64,000 nt of DNA from the human T2T-CHM13v2.0 reference genome, Homo sapiens. Of the stretch, positions 56,197 to 64,000 are shown piece after piece; within the stretch, counting starts at the first letter, position 1; every line of letters begins with the position of its first letter. The stretch lies in assembly GCF_009914755.1 (NCBI RefSeq), contig NC_060943.1; one strand, 5' to 3'. The notes under the pieces were generated by a model. That model had not been told where the DNA came from. It was given only the letters and a program-made list of their open reading frames with translations, and searched no databases. A program made the position numbers and the translations under genes.

Positions 56197-63915
<7,719 letters not shown>

Positions 63916-64000
63916 CTAAAGTAAAAAATGTCTCTATTCTCCTTGGTCAGAATAGTGAAGAATTATTAATAATCCAGGTGACCACTATTAAGGAGTTATT

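Overview
This is primate (human-identical proteins) genomic DNA containing the complete PDE4A gene (cAMP-specific phosphodiesterase 4A) on the + strand, about 3.2-56.1 kb. From splice sites and reading-frame phase I reconstructed 14 shared exons (UCR1, UCR2, LR2, catalytic HD domain, C-terminal tail). There are also six alternative starts: PDE4A8 (two 5' exons, 864 aa), PDE4A4 (886 aa), PDE4A11 (860 aa), PDE4A10 (825 aa), super-short PDE4A1 (647 aa) and the catalytically truncated PDE4A7 (323 aa, intronic ATG plus a +34-nt alternative donor). These lengths are my own sums of exon lengths and agree with the isoform sizes I recall. The rest is very Alu-rich intron and flank with MIR, L2, L1, MER20, MER30, MER3 and MLT1 relics, CpG islands and low-complexity tracts. 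Most entries in the ORF track are Alu or GC-rich artefacts. I see no new gene or wholly new system. The best leads are cis-regulatory and structural: a dense CRE/X-box/CCAAT module at the 4A8 promoter, uORFs before most first exons, a stronger-than-canonical NMD-escaping donor, candidate cryptic intronic promoters, an AT-rich palindromic scar inside an Alu, a serial Alu insertion site and a G-rich intronic VNTR.
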